Source: Felis catus (lineage: Eukaryota). Taken from it: a stretch of DNA of 64,000 bases. Position numbers and translations under genes: made by a program. The notes under the pieces are model-generated. The model saw only the letters and a list, made by a program, of their open reading frames with translations, was not told the DNA's origin and made no database searches. Shown in pieces: positions 55,560-64,000 of the stretch (within the stretch, counting starts at the first letter, position 1; each line of letters starts with the position of its first letter). Where the stretch lies: positions 20,400,001 to 20,464,000 of the forward strand of contig NC_058369.1 of assembly GCF_018350175.1 (NCBI RefSeq), given 5' to 3'.

Positions 55560-56460
55560 CTCAGTGGGCTCCGCCCCTGACAGCTCCGGGGGCTGGGCGC
55601 CGCTCGATGCTTAAGACCGGGCGGGGCAGGCCTCCGCCCTCCGGTACCGCGCGCACGCGCCCACGGCCACGGCCACGTCCCGCCGCGAGAGGGGGCGGAG
55701 CGAGCGTGCGCGGCGGGCGCGCGCAGGCTCCGCGACCTAGCCTGGAGCCGCCTGCGCGGATCGGCGTCCGCGGCGGGCGGCCGCTGAGGTGAGGGCTGGG
55801 CCGGAGGAGAGGCGTCCCCGCCTGGGCGGCCTCACGCGCGCTGAGGGCCTGGAGCCTCCGTCTGTCCGGGCGCGACCTCAGGGGTTCCCGCGTCCCCTTC
55901 GTGACCCCCGCAACCCAGGGCGCTCTTTGCATCTCGTCTCGCCCACAGCTGGGTCCAAGGGCCCGGCTAGGTCCAAGGGCCCGAACGCGACCTTGGACCA
56001 GCCTACCACCCCGCGTTGCCCCGGCTTCGGCCACGGGGCACGCCCCGAGCCAGAGGAGCTGGAGCCGGGGGTGGAGGGTGGGGGTTGGGGAACTGAGGCA
56101 AAAACCGCACTTTAGCTCCGCCCCTATCCCTGGAGGCCGCGCCTCAGCCGTGGCTGCAAACTTTAGATTCTCTTAAGTTACGGAGGTGTGTGAGACCCCG
56201 TGAGGTCATGGCTGAAAAGAAAGGAGCTGGGTAAATAAGCGAGGCGCGAGTGAGCAGGGCTGGAAGCGCAGAGTGGGAGTCGGAGCACCTCAGTCCCGCG
56301 CAGGCCTGGGTCTTTCCGCCGCTCACTGGCACCGAAGTTTAAGGGCCCGGCCCACTGCCGCGGCGCAAGTGAGCAGCCTCAGGAAGCCTCGCCGGCTCGG
56401 GTCAGAGACGACCACCCCTGGTCTCTGACCCGAGGAGAAACCGATGTCAGCGACAGGGGC
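55560..56460. promoter_or_regulatory. CpG island / TEX264 promoter
   Basis: Very high GC and CpG density, multiple GGGCGG boxes, NRF1-like gcgcgcacgcgc. Confidence 0.88.
55690..55788 (+). other. TEX264: Probable TEX264 non-coding first exon (start approximate)
   Basis: Inside the CpG island; strong donor GAG|gtgagg at 55788/55789. Confidence 0.55.
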
Positions 56461-56723
56461 TGTTTCAAAGCCAGTTACAGAGGCTGGAACCCTCCAGGAA
56501 GAGGACTCTCCAAGAACAGGGGCATAAGCACAGCCCCAGTGAAGAGTTGACATTATGAGGCCGAGTTTGGCTTCTGATTTCCGTAAGCGGTAGGAGGACG
56601 AGGTAGAGGTGCAGCCTTGTGGTGAGGAGGGAGTTCCTGTAGAGGCCCTAGTGGGCTTTCCCCGAAAAGGGAACAGTCAGGGCACGGTGCCCAGCTCAGT
56701 GGTGATTTTCTCTCTGCCCCCAG

Positions 56724-56799
56724 CACTGGAGGACTTGGAGCATTTGGTCCCTGCGGCGCTGGATGCCATGAGTTGCTAAAAGTGAGCCTGGCTTTTCAG
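56724..56799 (+). other. TEX264: Candidate TEX264 5'UTR cassette exon
   Basis: Acceptor ttttctctctgcccccag| and donor CAG|gtgagc. Confidence 0.45.
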
Positions 56800-57154
56800 G
56801 TGAGCTTCCTCGGCCCTTCTCCTGCCCTTTCTCTTGAGTATGGGGAAATACACTTTGCCCTGCCTCCCTCCTGTGCTGACCTAAGCTCTGGGGTGCATTT
56901 TCCCTCTCTTCTGAGTACTTTAGGAGGTGAGAGGAAGAGGGAGGTGGGAACTAAGTTCCTTTGAGGTAGACGGGGAATGTGCAGCCGAGAGGGTAGGTCA
57001 AAATGAAGGATGGTCACTCTCAAGGCAACTGAGACCTAGCTGCTGAGTGAGAGCTTCCAGCTGAGAGCCTTGGGTTCAGAGATGTCCCAACATGGATTAA
57101 ATGCTTGAGCCTTTCTGGAAATCCTGTCACTTGGGAGGAGAAAGTGAAAATGGC

Positions 57155-57345
57155 AGCCTGGAGTCAGACTGCCTGAGTTTCTAGTGCCTGCATTTTGGTC
57201 CAAGTCGTTCTATTTAGTACCTGTGTGACCTTGGGGGAAGTCTCTTAACTTCCTGATCCTTACCTACCTTGTTTTGAGGATTAATAAAGTAGCTGTGTTT
57301 CAACATTTGGATAGTGCCTGGCATATAGTAAGTACCGTAGATTAG
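57155..57345 (+). mobile_element. MIR
   Basis: ggagtcagactgcctgagtt..tgtgaccttggg..gaggattaa..agtgcctggcatatagtaag. Confidence 0.7.
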
Positions 57346-57697
57346 TACTATACTATAGTAAGTGAAAGATTTATCGTCATCATCATCATCACCAAGGAAA
57401 ATAGGAATGAAACTAACTGGAGGCAAGATGAGTAGGATGGCCAATGCATCCCAAAAAAGCACAACTGTGGCGCAGGAACAGGGATGGCTAATACCAGTGT
57501 GATGCACCTCCATGCTATGACATCAAAGGTTTAGGAGTTTAGTTTGCCTCTTTGTTAAGGCAAACACTATGTGTATGTTGACTCCAAAGACCGTTTTTCA
57601 GCAAAAAATTTTGACACCCAGAACCCACAGGGAACAAATTATTCCATAGAGCTAAATTTCCCATAGGGCTGAAGCATTGATTTCCACCTCCCAAATC

Positions 57698-57902
57698 TTT
57701 TAAATTTTTGTTTGTTTATATTTTAGAGCGAGAGTGCACGAATGGGGCAGAGGGACAGAGGGAGTGAGAGAGAAAGAGAATCTCAAGCAGCCTCTACACT
57801 CAGTGGAGCCTGATGTGGGGTTCGATCCCAAGACCCCAGGATCATGATTCAAGCCAAAATCAAGAGTTAGACACTCAACCTACTTAGCCATCCTGGTGCC
57901 CC
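57698..57902 (-). mobile_element. CanSINE
   Basis: TSD aaatctttaaa-like. Confidence 0.83.
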
Positions 57903-59346
57903 AAATCTTTAAAATTTTAAATACTTGGAGTGAGAATATTCCTCCAGTGGGTCACGTGCTTCCCTTCCTTTTTAAACTGCTGTGATTTTCCACCCCCCTG
58001 GGGGACTCAAATCAAGCCCTTTGTATAAGAGGGTTGGGCTTCTGGCCCCCAGCTTCGTAGAGGGCTGGACATAGAGGGCTGGACAGTCTGCCTTGAATGG
58101 CTCACACACCAACCTCTATGTTGTGTTCCTGGCCCTGCTTTTGGATAGCTTCTCTGTTTCTTTGTTGTTGTTGTTGTTGTTGTTTTCCTTGAAATGAGTG
58201 TCTTTATTACTTGTAGCATACAAAAAGGAGGAATGAGGAAAGGCCAATGGGGAGGAGGGACAATTGTCAGATAAACGACATAAACACAAAAAGGAAAAAA
58301 AGACACCCTCACCTCACCCCAGGATGCCTTTCCACGAACTACCTAGTAGAGAAGGTGGGGTGGCAAGATCAAAACTACAAAAACTAATTCTAAACACCTG
58401 GAGATGCTGATGGGGAGAGGGACAGGGCAGCAAGTGGACCCAGCTGTGGCTCCCTCTAGGTTGGCACCCCTTCCCCATGGGATGAACTGCTTGGGCCAGG
58501 GATAAGTAATTGTTCTCCCTGGTGCGTTTCCATTTCTAACAAACTTGTCTTCCTCCTCTTTGTTTCTAATCTGTGGGCTGGAAAAGTGGGATGAATCTTG
58601 TTAGTACCATTGGCTCAAGTCTGGGAAGCACAGTGCCGGACTTTGTTCTGGCTGCTTTGGCTGATTTGATCCGATCTTTCCTTGGTTCTGGATGGGTGAG
58701 CTTGCTGGATAGCAAGATTCTGAGGGCCCGATGTGCTTCACAAAGGAGAGTTTCCTATGAAAGTCTCTTCCTGTGGTACATTTTCCCCGTGGGGTTTTGT
58801 TCCTTATGGTTTCCCTATTTGTTAATAAATGATTGGACCCTGGCACTTGCCCATCCTCCCTCTGATAGTGGTCCATGAGGCTTGGGGAAGCTGGGCAGGC
58901 AGTGTGGCTCTGCTGTGGGAAGGAAGAAGTAATGTAGGGAAAAGGCAAGCTGGCTTTCTTGCCCATCTTGAGGGAGGCTGGTCAGGGCTGGGAGTATGTC
59001 CATAGCTGACTCACTCCTGTTCACCTCTATGACTCAGTTTCCCCAGGTGTGACCAAGGCTGCCAGCTGACAGGCAGAGCAGTTCTGAGAGCCTCAACAAT
59101 TGTGATTAAGAAATAAAGAGGCTTGCGGCTTCAGTCATCCTTTGTAGCTCTCTTCTAGGTCACTTCTGTGTGTAAACACCCTGGTCCCTCCTCCTCCTGG
59201 GTCAGAGCACCCAAGGCAGGACTGAGGTTGGGCCATAAGTGGCTGGCGGGCAGGTGGGCACATTGGTCAGAGCAGGCTACCAGCCTCCTCTCCCTCCTGT
59301 CTCTTTTGCAGCTGTCTTGGGGGCACAGTGTCGGGGGCACAGAGCC

Positions 59347-59604
59347 ATGTCTGACCTGCTTCTCCTAGGCCTGATTGTGGGCCTGACTCTGCTGCTGCTG
59401 CTGACACTGCTGGCCTTTGCTGGGTACTCAGGGCTGCTGTCTGGGGTGGTGGTGAGTGCCGGCTCACCCCCCATCCGCAATGTCACTGTGGCCTACAAGT
59501 TCCACGTGGGGCCCTACAGCGAGACTGGGAGGCTTTTCACCGAGAGCTGCAGTGTCTCCCCCAAGCTCCGCTCCATCGCCGTCTACTACGACAACCCCCA
59601 CATG
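59347..59604 (+). CDS. TEX264: TEX264 first coding exon (N-terminal hydrophobic anchor and start of GyrI-like domain), 3'-partial
   Basis: Acceptor ttttgcag| with exon start 59312; gccATG Kozak; MSDLLLLGLIVGLTLLLLLTLLAFAGYSGLL...YYDNPHM|gtaagg matches the recalled TEX264 N-terminus. Confidence 0.95.
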
Positions 59605-61664
59605 GTAAGGAGCCTCCTGTTCCCTGGCTGTGGTTCTGCCCCATGGATGGACATGGGGCCGGGGGGTTGTAGTTTCTGAGGAAGGGGTGGGAAAATCTGT
59701 GATTTGGTCCTGCAGACAACCTCTTCTCTGAGCTTGAAGCTCCTTCCAGATTTAGCTTGGACTCCTGTGCCAGGCATCCATATGCTCCTTTCTATTTGCC
59801 CAGGTCTGGTTCTGGCTCATAGCTACCCATAGCTACCCATGGACTTCTGACTGCAGGGGGCCACAGCATTATGTGTCTCTAGTTTCTGCCAAGGCTTTCG
59901 TCCCCTGCCTCCTCTTGCTGTCCCTCCCTCTTCCATCCCCATTTGAGGCCAGTACTCTAAGGCCAGGCTGTTCAGATTCTGCCTCTCTTTGGGGTCATAC
60001 CTTGTTGTTTCTGTGCCTTCCCTCTTTTAGCTTTCCTGCTGTGGCTGCAGCTCCTGTGGGCTTGAGAGGGCAGGCCCTGGGCATGGGGCTTAGAATCCTA
60101 CCTCTTCAGCCATTTTGGTGACTCCTGCCTCAGTCATATAGCATCTCTTTGGATGTCAAGCTGCCTGGTTGCAGGAGGGCCTGGTGGAGAGGAGGGGGCA
60201 AGTGGAACCAGGTGAGCTCCCCAGAATGTCTAGGATGCTGGGCTCACAGACGAGCCCAGCATCACTGGCACCCTGTGGGCGTCTGGCTGTACTTACAGCC
60301 TGTGGTGAGTCAGGGCTCACCAATGTGGCCTCCTGCCATGCCATGGGGTGGTACTGCCCACAGCTGCATGGGCTGGCAGCTCTGCCAAGAGTTCTTCAGC
60401 CTTCAGCTTGGAGCCTTGGCAAACAGGCCATTGGGAATCCCCAGCTCTGGTTTCCTTGTCTGAAGAGCTCAAGTAGGCAAGGCCTACAGCCTACCCACTG
60501 TCTGCTGACCAAGCCTCACTGGAGTACTTAGTCGAAACAAGGGTGTACTGACTGTCTGTGCCAGGTTCTGCATGACGTCTGCACTCCGGAGATGAACAGA
60601 CCTGGCCCTTTCCTCAAAAACTTTCATGTGTTTGGCAAGTCAGCCCCATGCAAATGAATTTCTAATGGCCACTATACTCGATGCCCACAGAGCTTTGAGC
60701 TGTGCATTTGGGGAGGGTACTCAAGTCTGCCCAAGAGGCTTAGAGAGGAGGTCGACTTTAGCTGGGACATCTCCCGTGAGTAGAACTTTGCTCTGCCACG
60801 AAGGGCCTCCTGACTGAGGGAAGTACAGCAGTAAAGGCTTACAGACATGGGATGACAGGGGAAGTGTGGCCAGTGGACATGTGTGGGTGAAGAAAGTGGT
60901 AGAAAGGTTCACTGGGCCAGGCAGTGGGAAGAAGAGCAGGTTGGGAGGCAAGGCACAGCACAGTTTGCCCCCTGTGACTTAGGAAGCTAACTGGATGGCA
61001 GGTGGAGGAGAGGAGGAGATGAGACAGGGAGGCCATTGAGGAGATTGGGCTGGGCCCAGGTGAGAGGTGACATGGCCTGGTTGAGGGATGAATAGATGAT
61101 GAGGATTTGAGGTCACATGGTTGGGAGATGGCACTAAGTGGGAGTCTAGAGCACTGGAACCTTAAGTGGCATGGGGCAGGTGCTAGGCTTCAGGAAGCTC
61201 CTGGACCAGATGCCCGACCCCCATCCTTGCAGGGCTCCGTTATGTAGGTCCCTGCCCCTCTTATATGCCCTCCCCTGGTCTCTGCCCCTCTTTCCTCACC
61301 TGATCCAGTTTGAGACTCTGCAGGCCTCAGTGGTGGGAAGGAGGAGAGTCCTTGCAGTTGCCTCTTTCCTCATCAGCATGTCCTGTTCCTAAAGCAGCAT
61401 GTTGCCACTTGGGTTGGAAATGCTAATTCCAGGATGGGAAAGAGCCAAAGCAGGAGTATACCTTGAGGTCAGTGCTGGAGGCTGGTCCAGGGAAGAGTGA
61501 GGTAGAAAAACCCTGGCATGGAGTGCTCTTCCCATGGCCTCCTAGCCCAGTCCTCCATACAATTGTCCTTGAGGTCGGGTGGTCTTGGGTGTCCAGGGTT
61601 GGCTGGGTGCAGCCTGACTTGGGTGCCAGTCTTGGGGGACCACAACCTGAGAGTATAGCCTCAA

Positions 61665-61865
61665 GGCTGGCAGCCCTGGGTTCTGATTCTGTCTCATCAC
61701 TGTCATGCTTTGGATCTTGATCGTGTCACATAATCTCTCTGGGCCTCTGTTTCTTCATCTATAGAACTGTGTTAAGATATCTGCTTCATAGGTTGTCTGG
61801 CAAGAATCAAATTAAGTGACACAGGTGAGGCATTCATCTTACAACCTGGCCCTCAGTAGCTGTTT
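61665..61865 (+). mobile_element. MIR
   Basis: cctgggttctg..ctctctgggcctctgtttcttcatctat core. Confidence 0.6.
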
Positions 61866-64000
61866 AACAACAACAAAAAGGGTGGACAAAATATTCATAT
61901 TAATTAGGTACACTGAGACATTAGGCTGAGCTCTCATGACCTAGGCCTAGACCTTGGCCTGTCTATGGACATCTGGCTGGCTCAGAGGACAAACATATAG
62001 GTCAAAGTGGCCCCTCTGATCCTGTTCCTCTCAGTCCTGGGTCACTCTAGAAGATACTGTGTCCACATTCAGAGCTAGGTTATACCCTGACACCTGGGAT
62101 GGCTCAGGGATGCTTAGTCTCCACCTACTCTTAGAGTTGGGCAGTATATTTCTGCCTAGAAGAGATTCTCACAAAAGCTTCAGGGAACCATGGACCCTCA
62201 GACTTCAAGTGCTCATGACTATCACAGACTATCTGGTCTCTAAGGACCTAAGGCCACAGGTTCCACAGTGCTTATGTTATAGAGGAAGAGACTGAGGATC
62301 ATATAGCAAGAGTTGTATTGATCTCACACAGTTCACGCGTGCTTTTTTTTTAAGCGGTATTTGAACACTTGATCTATGCCATGCTGCTGGGCACTGGGGC
62401 ACCTCGGGGACCAAAGGGCCTAGCCCCAAGGACCTCTCAGTGTGGGTATATCAGGGGAGCCTGGGGGAGAAACCCCATCCAGTCCTGGGGAAGACTAAGA
62501 ACCCAAGCCTTCTCCCTCGGCTGCCTCCCTAAGCAGTGTCCAGCATGGGGCCCTGTGTATTTGTGGTTCACAGAAGGAAGGGACAGGATCTAGGTTGCAC
62601 TGTTGTGTGGCCCATCCCCACACCCTCTCCCTCTCCTGGCTGAGCACAATGGGGGCCATAACCTGCTTCTGTGTGAATGTAGGGAGGAATGAGGCTATTT
62701 CAGGCTCTGTGAGTGGGACAGGGAGTGACCAGGTGAGAGGTGGCCACCTGCTGTCATTGCTGCCCTCCCCCATAATGTGTGGACTGACAGCTCTCTAGCC
62801 ACTCCCCTTCTAGGCCTCAGCTCCTGGCCTCAGCTGGGCAGGGGGACGCTGGTTTCTGAGAAAGGCCTGGTGGGGCCTCACTTGGCTGTGGGCCCAGGAG
62901 TGACACCGGAAAGGGCACCACTGAGGCAGGGTCATGGCAATTGCTGTGGACTTTTTTGTGTCAAATGCTGTTTGAACATATATATCTCATCAGCTTTGTG
63001 TCCTGGATTTGTCAGCATATATATGTCAGTCAACTCCAGATCCTGGAGTTCTGTATGGGAGGAAGTTGCAGGGTCTGGGGAAGTGTTGGGCAAGATAAAG
63101 GATTCCATTCTGTATCCCTGAGGGCCTTTGGAGAGGTAGGACAAGGAATGAGGGAGCATGTGACAGGAAGTGGACAGACCCTGGCAGTGACTCATAGGTG
63201 TTCCTTCCCTCTCCAGGGCCCAACATTCTTGGAGTGCAGCCATTTCTTCTTCTAAGGACCAAGGGAGGGGGTGCGTTCCAGAGTCAGTCACCAATCTGTG
63301 CCTGCTCCCTTCCCTCAGTGCACAAGCATGTGAACACACACGTACACACACACACAGATCCAATTCTGCCCTTGTAAAGCTGGAGAAGGGTCAGAACTGC
63401 TCTGCTCTCAGCCCTGTTTCTGAGGTGCAGTGTGGGGGTCTGGACAATGACTTTAGCCTCCCCTCCTTGGCCTGGTCCCTCTGGGAGCCTTGGGTGTTGG
63501 TGGGAGGGAAGGAGCTGGGAAGAAGACCCCTGGTGGCTCACTTGATCCTGGCCAGCTCTGGCCTGTGGATAGGCTGTACTGGCTCAGCTGCTCTCACCAT
63601 GCCCATGGATCTGTCCTGTGTGCCAGCCTGGCCCTCCACCTGTTGCCCCACCCTCTGCTGCTACCGCCTCCACTGCTGTTTGGGCCTTAAGCAACCTGTC
63701 TGCCTGCCCTTGTGGGGAGCCTGACTGAGGCAAATGGGGCGTGGTAGCCAGTTCAGTTTACCTGGCTGAGGCCTAGGAGAGGGTGCTTGCCCTAGGCATG
63801 GGGCAGATATGGGAACTGGTGGTGCTTGGGTTCTGCCTTTAGTAAACTAGACTGTATTGAAGCTCCTTTTTTCTCTTGAGTCCACTGAAAGCCGGCTTGG
63901 GACCACCACGTCTGCAGGGGCTAAGGCTGGTAAGAGTATGGATTTAGGCCTGTGCTGCACTTCCCCTTCCCCTTTAGTGTGTTTGGGGATGGGACGTCCT

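Noticed and set aside
55561..56176. Arg/Gly/Pro-rich ORFs in the CpG island
   Set aside because: Expected stop-codon depletion in GC-rich DNA; no homology recognised
59239..59346. N-terminal extension of TEX264 in ORF 59239..59679
   Set aside because: Starts at a non-ATG codon in the intron upstream of the acceptor at 59312; the true ATG is 59347

Overview
Mammalian genomic DNA, almost certainly from a felid, judged by abundant CanSINEs including young SINEC_Fc-type copies and carnivore L1s. It is not prokaryotic, and I found no CRISPR, rRNA or true tRNA genes. The window holds most of RAD54L2/ARIP4 (SNF2-family helicase-like ATPase) on +. Twenty coding exons from 20323 to the stop at 48343 splice into one frame of 4265 nt (the first coding exon lies upstream of the window), followed by a ~5 kb 3'UTR ending near AATAAA at 53290. 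About 2.3 kb downstream is the TEX264 CpG-island promoter, with its first coding exon at 59347-59604. The RAD54L2 introns hold three TSD-flanked processed pseudogenes, all antisense: ATP5MG, SNU13 and SNURF. The SNURF copy is the most notable, because it appears to capture the short SNURF-only isoform of the imprinted SNURF-SNRPN locus. The introns also contain nested L1s (an inverted pair, one with a candidate 3' transduction), SINEs, MIRs, hAT MITEs and LTR relics. I found no evidence of a wholly new biological system; the best leads are retrocopy, isoform and regulatory observations. Gene identities come from recalled protein sequences, not database searches.
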